Shown in pieces: positions 11,560 through 25,344 of a stretch of 64,000 nt of DNA. Under the pieces are notes generated by a model. The model saw only the letters and a list, made by a program, of their open reading frames with translations, was not told the origin of the DNA and searched no databases. The stretch's first letter is position 1; each line of letters opens with the position of its first letter. Source of the DNA: Octopus sinensis (lineage: Eukaryota); the NCBI RefSeq assembly GCF_006345805.1, contig NC_043014.1:42594001-42658000 (forward strand). Reading direction: 5' to 3'. Position numbers and translations under genes: made by a program.

Positions 11560-11938
11560 CATGTGGTAAGAAGCTTGCTTCCCAACCACCATGGTTCTGG
11601 GTTCACTCCCACTGCATGGCACCTTGGGCAAGTGTTTTGTGAGTGGATTTGGTAGATGGAAGCTGAAAGAAGCCTGTTGTATATATGTGTGTGTGTGTGT
11701 GTGTGCGTGTGTGTGTATATTTATGTGTGGGAGCCTTTGTGTCTGTGTTCGTCACCCCACTGTAGCTTGACAACCGATCATGGTGTGTTTATGTCCCCCG
11801 TAACTTATTGGTTTGGCAAAAGACACCAGTAGAATAAGTACCAAGCTTACAAAGAATAAGTCCTGGGGTCGATTTGTTTGACTAAAAGGTGGTGCTCCAT
11901 CATGGCTACAGTTAAATGACTGAAACAAGTAAAAGAAT
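11560..11938 (+). mobile_element. SINE A copy
   Basis: Head, (TG)n core and tail ccatcatggctacagttaaatgactgaaac. Confidence 0.8.
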
Positions 11939-11986
11939 ATATATATACACACACACACATATATATAAATACACACATATACAAAC

Positions 11987-12024
<38 letters not shown>

Positions 12025-12630
12025 CATATATATGTATATATTATATATGCGAACAAGTAAGAATGACAGAGACATCTAGTAAAGAGAACAAGAAAATATT
12101 TCTCAAATGTGTGCTTGTACATGTGTGTGCATACATGCACAGAAATGTATGCATGAACGCACCTATCAATACAGATGTTCCTGTTCTGATATCTGTCGAG
12201 TGGTGTCGTGTGAGAGCAAAACACACCACATTTGCATGCTTGAGTATGTAGATGTGTGCATATGAAAACAACAGCAAAACAGCAGTTGCTTCGTTTAGTA
12301 AAGCGACACTGTGTCGTCTATGAACTTCCTCATGCCCCGAAGGCATCTACTATTACACCAGCGATGAGAAATCTCGTAAAACCTCGAGTAATAAGGCTGT
12401 GGCAGAGGGGGGGGGGGTTGTTTTGTTTTTCGGGGGGGGGGGGGGTATTTTTATTTCAGGCGAGTTTTTTTTTCTTTTTCTTTTTTTTCTTAGTTGATTT
12501 AATGAAATAAATATTTTTAAAAAAAACGCGAAATACATAAGTTTTTGCACAGAAGTAATTTCGAATAGGTTGTGTGTGAATATATGTAAGTTCTTAAGTT
12601 CTTTTGTTTAAATACAGAAATTGGCCATTT

Positions 12631-12668
<38 letters not shown>

Positions 12669-13099
12669 CTCTGTGCTTGACTGGATCTATCTTGTTCATG
12701 CTTTCTCAGGTTTTCCTTTCACAAATTTTAAGCAATGTGTCCTCTCCCCACCTGCAACCCAAGATGACTATGTAATGTGTTTGTGGCTTATTAGATATGT
12801 ATGCTCCTCTTTTTTTTGTTTGTTTGTTTGGGTTTTTTTTTGTTTTGTTGTTTTTGTTTTGCTGTTTTCCTTAGAGTTTTTCTTTTTTTTTTTGTCCCCT
12901 ATTATTTTGCAGTGAAATTAGTTCAGCTCCTGAGTGTATGTATGGCGTGGGTCTGTGATTACATGTGTGAATTCAAAACAAGTTGTATTCAGTATTTTCT
13001 TTTATAAAATAATAATGATACAAAAATCATTATGGTGAGTGGATGTGGTGGTGGTGATGGTGGCAACTGGAATAATAATGTTTTCAAATTTTGCCACAA

Positions 13100-13825
13100 G
13101 GGCAGCAGCAATTTTGGAGTGGCAGGGGATGATAACTCGATTGCATTGACCCCGGTGTTCAACTGGTACTTCTTTTATCAAACCCCGAAAGGATTAAAGG
13201 CAAAGTCGACCTTGGTGGAATTTGAACTCAGAACGTCAAGACATTTTGCCCAGCGTGCTAACGATTCTACCAGCCTGCCGTTTTAACTGGAATAAGAATA
13301 ATAATAATAATGTTGATGATGATGATGATGATGATGATAATTAATAATAATGACGATGATAATTAATAATAATGATGATAATTAATAATAATAATGATGA
13401 TGATGATAATAATAATAATCATTTCTAATGGAAGCACAGGGCCTCAAATTTGGGGGAAAGGATTAAGTCAATTACATCGACCCCAGTGCGTAACTGGTAC
13501 TGATTTAATCGACTCCAAAAGGATTAAAGGCAAAGTAGACTTTGGCATTTTGTCTGATGCAGTAATGATTCGTCTAACTTGCTACTTTCAGTAATAATAA
13601 TAATAATAATGATAATGATACTAATAATAATGGTTTCTGATTTTTGGCGGGAGGGGGTAAGTTAATTACATTGACCCCAGTGTTCAACTTGTACTTATTT
13701 TATCGACTCCCAAAAGGGGGAAAGGTAAAGTTGACCTCAGCTTTATTTGAACTCAGAACATAAAGAAGGGCAAAAACCTGCTAAGCGTTTTGCTTGGCAT
13801 GCTAACAATTCTGCCAGCTTGCTAC
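13100..13825 (-). mobile_element. Three diverged SINE B-type copies separated by (AAT)/(GAT) tracts
   Basis: Repeated aaaggcaaagtcgacc/gaactcagaac motifs at about 13200, 13530 and 13730. Confidence 0.7.
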
Positions 13826-13827
13826 CT

Positions 13828-13863
<36 letters not shown>

Positions 13864-14644
13864 CAGTAGCAGCAGCAGCAGCAGTAGTAGTAATATCAGC
13901 AGCAGAGGCAGCAGTAGCAGTAGTAGTAGTTGTTTCTAATATAGGCACATAGCCAACGATTGGAGTTGGGGGCGGAACACTTGGTTGTACTGACCCCACG
14001 TACTCGACCATTAGTTTTTATTTTCTTGATCCATGAGGAAACAAAAGCAATGCAAGGCTCGGCAAGGTTTGGATTTCGAACATAAAAGTAGAGGAACTTA
14101 AAATACCTACCGAAAGACGCTTTTTGCTCAGTGCTTTTACCATTAATAATAATAATGATAATAATAATAATAATAATAATAATAATAGCTGTAGCAATAA
14201 ACACGATGATCACGATACCTGTGGAATGAATGTAAATTAACGATGATTGTGATTATGATCATAATCATGTTGATGATGATGATGATGATGATGGTGATGA
14301 AAGCAGCTACAGTGGTCGTTTCGTTGCTCATAATTGAAAGTACCATTGCAATATGTGTCATGAAATCTTTAGCGTTGCATCTAAAGGGATTTTGTATCAC
14401 ATAACATCCTCCCTCTCTCTCTCTTCTCTCTCTCTTTCTCTTCCTCCTCCCCCTATTTACACCAAAAGCTCCAGTTCTATTTTCGGTGATATCAGAAACT
14501 CTTCATGCATCTCAGCTATGTTGCTAAAGAAATCTCTGCTTCGCAGAAAGAAAGATGTCTAGCACAAAAACAACTAAGCTGTCATTTCGCAAACATTTAT
14601 GTTATGTTCTTGAATATCTTTCATCTTTTTCTTTCCCTCTCCAT

Positions 14645-14674
14645 CTATCTATATGTGTATATATATATATATAT

Positions 14675-14729
<55 letters not shown>

Positions 14730-14830
14730 ACCAAATATATATATATATATGATGAATATATACATGCATGCATAGTATGTGTATATATACATATACTCAT
14801 AACATACATATGTGTATACAATGTGTGGTG

Positions 14831-14862
<32 letters not shown>

Positions 14863-15050
14863 CTTATACATACATGTGTGTGTGTATATGTATATATATA
14901 TTTACTCATACATACATGTGTGTGTATGAATATATACATACTTGCATACATATGTGTGTGTATATATTTACATACATATATGTATGTATATTTGTATATA
15001 TATATACATACATACATGCATGCACTCATATATATATTTATATATATACT
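14645..15050. repeat. (TA)n-rich compound microsatellite
   Basis: Direct inspection. Confidence 0.95.
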
Positions 15051-15621
15051 TTTTTGTTTTACTTGTTTCAGTTACTCTGTGGCCATGCTGGGGCACCACC
15101 TTGGTGGGTTTTAGTCAACCATATCAATCTCGGTACTTATTTTAACCATTAATATTTATTCCCCTGCTAAGTTATGGATGATAGACAGTTACTATGTGTT
15201 TCTTGTTTTGGTTGGTGTCAGATCGAAGCAGGGAAAGCAACAGACACACACACACACACACTCATACATGTATGTAGACCACTTCCCAACCACATGCCTC
15301 TGGTTCAATCCTCTACAGAACACACTTTCAGCAAGTGTCTTACTCTGTAACTCTGGGCCAACCAAAATCCTTGGGAGTAGATTTGGTAGATGGAAACTGA
15401 ACGAAGCCCATCATGTATACTGGACTTTGTTGTCTCTTTGCACTGACCTTGTGCTATACTTTGCAAATGAGCACGACTTCATTACAAGCACTGTCATTCA
15501 TTTCTAATCTTTCTGGGGAAACCTGTCCAGTTATGGCGAAATGGTGAAAAATTAGCTTGCTTGGAAACAGGTGAGTGTTAGCAACAAGAACGGCACCCAG
15601 CTGTAGATAATCTACCTCAAT

Positions 15622-16024
15622 ACCTATTTCTTTACTACCCACAAGGGGCTAAACACAGATGGGACAAACAAGGACAGACAAACGGATTAAGTCGATTACA
15701 TCGACCCCAGTGCGTAACTGGTACTTAATTTATCGACCCCGAAAGGATGAAAGGCAAAGTCGACCTCGACGGAATTTGAACTGACAACGTAGCAGCAGAC
15801 AAAATACCTATTTCTTTACTACCCACAAGGGGACAAACAAGGACAGACAAACGGATTAAGTCGATTACATCGACTCCAGTGCGTAACTGGTACTTAATTT
15901 ATCGACCCCGAAAGGATGAAAGGCAAAGTCTACCTCGGCAGAATTTGAACTCAGAACGCAGCGGCGGACGAAATGCCACAAAGCATTTCGTCCGGCGTGC
16001 TAACGTTTCTGCCAGCTCGCCGCC
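15622..16024 (-). mobile_element. SINE B with duplicated body
   Basis: Two tatttctttactacccacaagggg units; head ends gccagctcgccgcc at about 16024. Confidence 0.85.
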
Positions 16025-16252
16025 TTAACCCTTTCGTTACTGCATTTATTTTGAGATGCTCTGTGTTTCTTTCAATTATTTTAAATATTACAAAGAATTT
16101 AGTAAAATAACCTGGTTATCATTAAGCTGGTGTTAGGAACGTAAATTGTGACTAAGGTTTGGTGAAAGATTTTAATTCAAAACTTATGAAAACAAGACAT
16201 TTGTACTGAGAGCCAGAGCCGGTTTCAGCCAGCTTGGTATCAAAAAGGTTAA
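16025..16252. mobile_element. TTAA-flanked piggyBac-type MITE
   Basis: ttaaccctttcgttac...caaaaaggttaa; reverse-complement homolog of 22581-22809. Confidence 0.85.
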
Positions 16253-16784
16253 TCGACCTCAATACCATCCAATCCATTCTGACATGGAAAACTACACATT
16301 AAAATATTCATTAAAAGGATGGTGGTATGTCGGTATATATACACACACACACTCACATGAAGACATTCACATGTATTTATATAATCTATTTTTCTATCAA
16401 CTTTCTGTATCTAATCTGTGTTTGTCTTTATCATATCTATCGTTTGTTGTGTTTCTTTCGTTTCGTCTTCAATTTTCTTTTCTCTCCGTCTTTATCTATT
16501 CGTATCTTTTCTATCTCTTCTCCTCCCCCAATTCTTATTTATTTTTTTTGTTGTTGTTTTTGTTCAGTTCCTTTATTCTCTTCTCGAGATATTGTTTTAG
16601 TTTTATGATATTTCGCAAAAAAACTGCGTTGCCTGTCAAGAGTTGTAGCAACTGCAGTCTTCAGAGAGCACTCCTATATTTTCAGGAATATTTTTTGCCA
16701 GTTCGCTAAGATAGCTCCAGCTTCTCCCCTCCTCATCTTTCAACCCAGTACACAGGGGCTGTTGCCTTGTTTGTATGTGTATGC

Positions 16785-17145
16785 CAGTGTTTCTCAACCT
16801 TTTTTACCCTTGCATAGCTCTTAAAATAAATTACATATTTCAAGAAACCCCTGTGCAAAAAGAAATTATCTACCATATCTTTCTCATAGTTCACATGGTA
16901 AATATCATGTATATATATATATACACACACACATATATATGTATATATTTATATATATATGTATATATCTATGTATATATATATATGTATATATAGGCTG
17001 ATGTCTATATTACAAGATTACAATAATTAGTAATATGTTGTGCATGTATAGTGATATTACAATCATGAAATTAGCATTAACTTATCTTACTCTTTCTCAC
17101 GGAACCCCAAGGAACCTTTTGCAGAATCCTGGGTGAGAAACGCTA
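16785..17145. mobile_element. hAT (Charlie-like) MITE with perfect 8-bp TSD
   Basis: Ends cagtgtttctca / tgagaaacgcta; gtgtatgc duplicated at 16777-16784 and 17146-17153; a TA tract lies inside. Confidence 0.85.
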
Positions 17146-17354
17146 GTGTATGCCTTCTAAAACCCTGATGCCAAAACCAAACTGACTGCTTCTGTAAAGG
17201 ACTTTGTCGAGCTTTTTCATAAATGGTAGCACAATCACCTTTATTAGTTTTGTTACCATTTGGTTCATGCTCATCTGTTACATTATGCCTTTTTTTAGAA
17301 TTTCTGCTAATTTTGCATGATCCAATAGATAACACAGGAGAGAGAAGAAGATGG

Positions 17355-17620
17355 TACAGGCATGGCTGTGTGGTTAAGGAGCTCACTTTGCAACACATGG
17401 TTTCAGGTTCAGTCCCACCATGCAGCACCTTGGGCAAGTGTTTTCTACTATAGCCCCAGGCTGACCAATATCTTGTGAGTGAATTTGATAGATGGAAACT
17501 ATGTGGAAGCCCATCATATATATGTGTGTATATGTATTTTTGTTTGTGCTCCCCACTCCAGCATTTTGACAAAAAAGGACTAACAGAAAAAGTACCAGAC
17601 TTAAAAATAAGTACCGGAGT
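17355..17620 (+). mobile_element. SINE A copy, partial
   Basis: ggcatggctgtgtgg...ggttcagtcccacc...gatggaaact. Confidence 0.7.
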
Positions 17621-17762
17621 CTTAAACCCTTGATTGTGTGTTTTTTTTATTTTATATTTTATTTTATCTAGTTTCAGCTCACGAGCTGTGGCCATGCTGG
17701 GGCATATATATATATATATACGTGTGTGTGTATGTGTGTGTATACATGTATTTGTATGTGCA

Positions 17763-17807
<45 letters not shown>

Positions 17808-18139
17808 CATAAACCCTTCAAGGTGGTGCCCCAGAATGGCCACGGTCCAAAGACTGAAACAAGTATAGAAAAAAAGAAAAAAAAAAGAAAGGGAAACAGG
17901 AAGTGATTTTTCTGGGTTGAAGACTTTTGGTAGGTTGCAGTAATATTTTATATAAGGAACCAGATTTTTGATGGTGTAGCCTGATTTTTAAAAAAATCTT
18001 GTTTCTTTTCTGCTTTTTCTTTTTCACTATCCCATTTACTTGACGACTCTAACAAAATCTATGTCCATTCGTCCTACAAGATGTCCCAGCTTTCCTATCA
18101 CTTCTCAAACTGACATATCCCCACCATCGATTGCAGCTA

Positions 18140-18154
18140 AGGTCATGCTGACCT
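18140..18154. promoter_or_regulatory. Perfect consensus ERE-type palindrome (IR3)
   Basis: AGGTCA tgc TGACCT in non-repetitive sequence; function not shown. Confidence 0.4.
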
Positions 18155-18564
18155 GTTGCATTCCAGTCTCTGTTCATTTGTTGTTGCCGAACTGGAATAC
18201 TCCAGGAGTTAATGTTACCGTCGCCAAAGTGTAGATTATATGCAGTTAACGTTGGTGGTGTTGTTGTTGTTTTTGTGTGCATAAGCATGAAATGGGCAGA
18301 GAGGGCAACATTAATCTCAAATATTCGTGGCATGGTTTTAATTTCACTTATCTAAATTCGTCTCGGCTGACATTAAAAACGAACAAATAGTGCCACAGAT
18401 TCAGTGATTCAAAGCCTATATAGCTTCAGGGTTTGGTCCACAGGGGCTTAGTGATGTCACTTTTCCCTCTACATCACCATCACCATCATCATCATCATCA
18501 TCATCAACAGCAGCAATAGCAACAGCAGCAGCAAATATTCAGCTTACTAAGTTGATTGCGTGTA

Positions 18565-18592
18565 TATATGTATGTGTGTACATGTATTTGTA

Positions 18593-18658
<66 letters not shown>

Positions 18659-18694
18659 TATATATATATATATTATATATATATATATATGTAT

Positions 18695-18749
<55 letters not shown>

Positions 18750-18765
18750 GTATGTATATAGTATG

Positions 18766-18798
<33 letters not shown>

Positions 18799-18848
18799 GT
18801 ATGTATGTATGTATATATATATATATATATATAATATATGTATGTATG

Positions 18849-18879
<31 letters not shown>

Positions 18880-18900
18880 ATATATATTAATGTAAGTGTT
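18565..18900. repeat. (TA)n-rich microsatellite
   Basis: Direct inspection. Confidence 0.95.
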
Positions 18901-19675
18901 ATATGTTTATGTGTGACTGTGAGCACATATATAATGATAAATGTATATTCATAGTTATGAAAATGTATGTATACATTATCATCGTATATAGCTGTCAGTT
19001 CTAAATAAGATCAATTTATCTCTCTGCCTCTCTCTCTCAACCCCCATCTCTCTCTCTCTCACCCCTCTTTCTCTCATCCACCACCACCACCGACAACAAC
19101 AACTACTGCCGACCACCCTCCTTCATCCATTCTCTGTTCCTCTCGTTTCTCTATCCAGTAGCCAATATATCAAGCTTGTCTCAATTCTCACAAGTATATG
19201 GAAAGCCAATACGTCTACTTTCAGATTTTCTGAAGGTTAATATTCTCATCCATCACGTGGCCTCCAGCAGCTTGTACATCACTCTCATCTCATTTTGCTG
19301 TTGCATCTCCTTTCACAGATGTCACTGGTATTTGCCGGTGACAAAAATTATGGCTACTTGGCAATGGTCATTTTGATTCAGCTTTTCTTTTTTCCTTCGG
19401 TTTGTGACAGTGTCCCCTCCTCCTTTGAGGAGGGAATTATTTAATCAATATTTGATTTAATAAGCTGTAAAGGGATTAATTTAACACATATAGTTTAATT
19501 AGCCAACTTTCACCATGGCATGATTGTAAAATTAATTCTTCTGTGACTGCAATTGTAATGAAATACTGTCTTATAAATTTCATTCCATTTTGAAAATTAT
19601 CAGGAATTTAGAGATATTTAGTAGAAGTGTCCTCATGGCCATTGAATTGAGAACTTTTTCTCTATTAAATCTTAA

Positions 19676-20207
19676 TTAACCCTTTAGAATTTAAACTGGC
19701 CATACCAGGCCCAAACATTCTACATATTTCCTGTTCTCACTGATCCAAATTTGGCCTCTAACTCCTATCATACAGTGTCATTCTAAAATATACTATCACA
19801 TTCATTGAAATCTAGAAACAGTGAGGGTAATGTGTGATTGATTCAAACGTGGCCCAGTGGTTAGCGCATTGGGCTCACAATCACGAGGTAGTGAGTTCGA
19901 TCCACAGACCAAGCTGTGTTGTGTTCTTGAGCAAGTCACTTTATTTCACATTGCTTCAATTCACTCAGCTGTAGAAATGAGTTGCAACATCACTGGTGCC
20001 AAGCTGTATTGGCCTTTGCTTTTCCCTTGGACAACATTGCTGACATGGAGAGATGGAGCTAGTATGTTTGGGCAACTGCTGGGCTGCCATTTCAACCATG
20101 CCCAGACTTGTACCTCGAAGGATAACTTTCTAGATGCAATCCCATGGTCATTCATGACCGAAGGGGTCCTAATTCTTGATATAATAACCTGAATACTAAA
20201 GGGTTAA
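19676..20207. mobile_element. TTAA MITE (second family) with nested SINE E
   Basis: ttaaccctttag...tactaaagggttaa; interior homologous to the reverse complement of 48449-48676. Confidence 0.8.
19849..20168 (+). mobile_element. SINE family E
   Basis: gtggcccagtggttagc...gagttcgatcc head; body matches 1-260. Confidence 0.8.
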
Positions 20208-20234
20208 GAACATAGAAAAAAGGGCCTTATATTG

Positions 20235-20620
20235 AATTATGGTTTGCTTCCCAACCACTTGGTCCCAGTTCAGTTCCGCTTCACAGTATCCTTATTCAAG
20301 TGTCTGCTAGTATAACCTTGCCAGTCGACCAAAGCCTTGTTAGTAGATTTGGTAACTGGAAGAAGCCCTTCATAATATATTTATGAACGTGTGTGTGTGC
20401 TACTGTCTTTTTGTCTTAACATCGTGTGATAGTTGTAAACAAGTGTCACCATAATGTAAACTGTGTTTCCAATATTTCATGAAAACATGTCTGGTCATGG
20501 GGGAAATTACCTTACTTGAAAAGAGATGAGGGTTGGCAACAAGAAGAGCATCCAGCTATAGACAGTCCGTCCCAACATATTTTATCCGTCTCATGCAAGG
20601 ATGGAAAAGTGGACATTAAG
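20235..20620 (+). mobile_element. SINE A-head variant with RTE-like tail (A2), diverged
   Basis: A-type head, then gttgtaaacaagtgtcacc...gaagagcatccagctatag; similar copy at 21535-21835. Confidence 0.6.
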
Positions 20621-21534
20621 AGCCAGTGTAGATAAAGTTTTATATTTGAATAGAATCACTTTAAAATGAGAGTTTTTGTGCAAGAAACAGAGGCAGCCTC
20701 AAGTAGATTTCTATCAAAAAGGTTAAAAATGTTAGCCAACTGAGACGTGGTTAGGAGTTCAAACTAGCTTGTAGCAAGGATTGGGTTGTGTACTTTCTTG
20801 AAGGTAAAATACACAGGTACGATTTTTATTTTTGTTTGTCTGATGAAACAGCTTCTGTTTTAACTTCATAGGTAATTATTATTATCTTACACCCAGGTAT
20901 GCTCTGATTGAGCAGACTGGTGATCAAAGGTATTAAAGACTGTTGAATTTTGGCAACAAGAGCATCTTGCTGTTGAAAATCTGACCCATGCAGGCATGGA
21001 GAAATGGTCATTGTGATAATGGTTAAGGATGTGGGGCTGGGACCATATTGGTTATGATTTCTTGTCTCCTTCCTTTTCTTTTTTTCAAGTAAAAGGGTGT
21101 AATTTGAGGAAGGTTTTTCCCCAGCAGCTATTTCTAGCAAGTTGAACAACCGTGTAGAGTTCTGCTCTACTCTGGCTGAATTATCATTAGAAAGGATGAT
21201 CCAACTGTCAGAGAGGCTTTACGACAACAAATGGCATCTGATCCGAGCAGTCATTGAAGGATTAACTTGAAACAGCAAAAACAAGCTGAAGGGAATAAAT
21301 TAGTCATAAAAATAATTTGATTGGAGATCAAAGAAAAGGATTGGTTAACTGGCAACATGTTTGATGGCTTGCAATTCCTGAATTTGTAATCTTCTGAGGA
21401 TGACTTAACTTTTCATCGTTGCATAGTTGATTAGAATAATTAACGCCCTTTTATGTCTTACTGGAGAATGAAGTCAAAATGTAGGACTTGTGACATTGTC
21501 ACTTTGGTCAGCCTAATCATTTTACTGTTGGACA

Positions 21535-22120
21535 CAGGCATGGCCGTGTGGTTAAGAACGCCTCCTAATGATGTGGTCTTCGGTTCAGTCTCAGTGCGTA
21601 GTACTTCAGGCAAGTGTCTTCTACTACAGACCAAAGCCTTGTGAATTGAATTTGTGTAATGGAAAGTGAAAGAAGCCCATCATATATATATATATATTTG
21701 TGGTGGTAGCTGTAAACAAGTGTCCCCATCATACAAGTGGTGTCGTTTGTTTCTAATCTTCCTTAAAAACATATCTGGTCATGAGGAAACATTATTGCAT
21801 TTAGAAAACAAATGAGGGTGCACAAAAGGAAGGGCATCATCATCATCATTTAACATCCGTTTTCCGTGCTAGCACAGGTTGGACGGTCCGACCAGGGTCT
21901 CGGAAGCCAGGATGCTGTACCAGGCCCCAGTCTGATCTGGCAGTGTTTTCTACAGCTGGATGCCCTTCCTAATGCCAACCACTCCATGAGTGTAGTGGGT
22001 GCCTTTTACGTGCCACCGGCACAGGTGCCAGGGGAGGCTGGCAGCGGCCACAATCGGTTGGTGCTTTTTACGTACCACCGACACAGAAGCCAGTCAAGGC
22101 AGCGCTGCTGGCCATAAAAT
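21535..22120. mobile_element. A2 SINE (plus) abutting a family C element (minus, about 21836-22120)
   Basis: The junction at the shared motif ggaagggcatc runs into (cat)n ttaacatccg. Confidence 0.65.
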
Positions 22121-22566
22121 GCTTGTGTCAAGGAATTCGGTCATATCTGTGCAAGTATGGCAAAGTGAATGTTAAAACGATGATGATCGTTTCAGAATCT
22201 ACCAAGCAACTGGAATTCTGGAAAGATTAAGCCTACCCATATGAGCAATTAGAAATGATAACGATGATGACGATACATCATTTTCAATTGCTCGAGTATG
22301 TAGGTTTAATGTTTTCAGGATTTCAGATGCTGGCTAGTTTCAGATAAATGTGTAAAGAGTCAAAACCCACTGATACATATTATCTCAATTCGGCTTGCAC
22401 TAATCAAACGTTACTTCAAAACAAATAAAGGCAGAAAATTAAACCATATGCCAGTAAATATCAGACAAACAACCTCTCCAAACACCCTAATATGTTTTGG
22501 TACACAATAGCTCCCTTGAGTAGTCTAATCTGAGTTTCAAAATATAATTTAAATATTTCACTGCCG

Positions 22567-23122
22567 GGTGGCAGGGGCTATTAACCCTTTTGTTACCAAC
22601 CCGGCTGAAACCGGCTCTGGCTCTGTTGTACAAATGTCTTGTTTTCTTAAGGTTTCAATTCAAATCTTCCACCAAACCTTAGTCACAATTTATGTTCCTA
22701 ACACTAGCTGAATGATAACTAAGTTATTTTACTAAATTCTTTGTTATATTTCAAGTAATTGAAAGAAACGCAGAACATCTCAAAATAAATACAGTAACGA
22801 AAGGGTTAAATTAGACATGACCTGGGCCATAGACTGGGCAAAATCTTCAAAATATGTTTGAAGCACATGTAGTAAATATTTGGGTAAACATTCCACAAGT
22901 ATCAGATGTATACCTTACAATTCTAAGATCAAGACTTGGCAAAATTGATAAATTGGCTGTCAGGTGGCAGGGGCTATTAAATTAGACATGACCTGGGCCA
23001 TAGACTGGCCAAAATCTTCAAAATATGTTTAAAGCACATATAGTAAATATTTGGGTAAACATTCCACACTATCAGATTTACACCTTACAATTCTAAGATC
23101 AAGACTTGGCAAAGTTGATAAA
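22567..23122. repeat. ~170-bp tandem duplication, first copy carrying the MITE
   Basis: gtggcaggggctattaa[...]attagacatgacctgggcc...gacttggcaaa(a/g)ttgataaa occurs twice. Confidence 0.9.
22581..22809. mobile_element. TTAA-flanked piggyBac-type MITE
   Basis: ttaacccttttgttacc...gtaacgaaagggttaa; an empty-site paralog is at 22977-22980. Confidence 0.9.
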
Positions 23123-23712
23123 GGCTTTTAACACACTGGGATCAATAAAATAATTAATCAATAAAAGCATGGTTCCAGAAATTTAAGGTGATTGATTCTG
23201 CACATTTTTCTTTTTTTTTTTTTTAAACATAACTCGATGTCCTTTGATGCAGTGTCTTTGCAGCAGTTTGTCTAGTGAAACTCATGACTGTCTTGTAGAT
23301 CCCATTTCACAAGTGTCTGAGGTTAGGGTGGGAGTTCCACTCTTGTATTAAAGAAATATCTCCCATGATATTAAAGCCGTGCTGAATGATTCATAATTAT
23401 TGATTTTCTTTGGCTGATAAATTCTGTCCGCCTTTCGGAAACAGCCTTGAGTGTCTTTTATCAAGAGAGTTCCCTTGGATCGTCATAATTCTTTTGTGGA
23501 TTGCTATAACTAAGTTGTCCTTCTCTCCCATGGGGCCTATTTTCAGTTTGATGGAGTTAAGTGTCCTGGCCATTAAAAGTGTGCAGTCCCAGCAATATTT
23601 GATGAAGATCTGTTTTTGGCCCAAATATTCTACATGTTTTCTGTTCTGTTAAAACTGGCCAGATCTAGCTCCTTGTGCCTAGCCTACAATGCCGTCCTAA
23701 AAAATAAGCAAT

Positions 23713-23878
23713 CATCATCATCGTCATTTAACGTCCGCTTTCCATGCTAGCATGGGTTGGACGATTTTGACTGAGGGCTTGCGAACCAGATTGCTGCAAC
23801 AGGCTCCAATCTTGATTTGGTAGAGTTTCTACAGCTGGATGCCCTTCCTAACGCCAACCACTCCGAGAGTGTAGTGAT
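23713..23878 (-). mobile_element. Family C 3' fragment
   Basis: catcatcatcgtcatttaacgtccgc...gagagtgtagtg. Confidence 0.8.
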
Positions 23879-24594
23879 CATTGAAATCATAGAGCTGCCA
23901 GATAACACACGAATTACTTCAAAGTAACATTAACAGATAAGCCTTACATCCGATAGAGTAATCTGAATGCTAAAGGTTGTGCCGCAAAGGTGATTTCGCT
24001 ATTATTTTCAGCGGATCGAATGATCACAGTGAAGTCCCATCGTTGAATCGGTACATGTAAGCTATTAAGAAAGATAATGGCAATAATGATTACAATGCTG
24101 ATTTTCAGGAAAAATCCAGCAAATAGCAAAAAAAAAAATTCTAGATTAATTATACCCCACACCCCCCATTCCTTTGCAATAAAGTGCACTTGCTCTAACT
24201 TTCTGATTATCTCCAAACAACGCAACACTTACAACCCATGATGATACTTAAGTGCTTTTTTTTTATAGACACACACACACACACACACATATATACATAC
24301 ACACACACACACACACACATATATACATACACACACACACACATACGCAAACATGCATGCTGTATTACCATTAAATGGTGTAAACAGTCCATTGAGTTTG
24401 CTGTCGGTTTCAAGAAATTAGAATTTATATATTCTATTACATAAACTATAGGAATCTACTGGAAAACCAGGAAGCCAGTGGGGATGTGAGTTGGAAAAGA
24501 ATGTTTTTTTTTTCTTTTTTTCTATTTGTATATCTGAATAATGTACTTGCATATATTACACGTGCAAATGCAGTTCTGACTATGACTGTCGTGG

Positions 24595-24689
24595 GTGTGT
24601 ATATGTGTGCACTGGAAAACTAGTAGTTTCTTATATCATATATATATACATGTGTGTGTGTGTGTATGCATATGTGTGTATATATGTAC

Positions 24690-24723
<34 letters not shown>

Positions 24724-25000
24724 GTACATATGTACATATATGTGTATATATATATATGTACATATGTATATATATATATATATGTACATATGTACATATA
24801 TGTGTATATATATATATGTACATATATGTGTATATATATATATATGTACATATATGTGTATATATATATATATGTACATATGTATATATATATATATGTA
24901 TATGTACATATGTATATATCTGTACATATGCATATATATATATCTATGTATATATGTATATATATATATGTACATATGTATATATATATGTATGTATATA

Positions 25001-25039
<39 letters not shown>

Positions 25040-25070
25040 GTATATGTATATATATATATATATACATGGA
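24595..25070. repeat. (TA)n/(TACA) compound microsatellite
   Basis: Direct inspection. Confidence 0.95.
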
Positions 25071-25344
25071 TTTGAATTTACAAATAAGAGAGAAAAGTAT
25101 TCAACATTGGTAATGCTTTATTCATTTATTCTCTGCAGAAACTTCAGTTTCATTTTCAAAGTTCTTACCACATCATCGTCATCACCGTCATCACCATTTA
25201 AAGCATGTTCTCCATACTGGCGTGGGTTGGACAGTTTGGCTGGATCCAGCAAACCGTGGGATTGCATTCAAGCTTCAGAGTCAGCTTTGACATGGATCCT
25301 ACAGCTTGATGCCCTTCCCTAACACCAATCGCTTTACAGTGTCT

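Noticed and set aside
23230-23650. Possible degraded coding or TE sequence
   Set aside because: All frames I translated are interrupted and show no recognisable motif.
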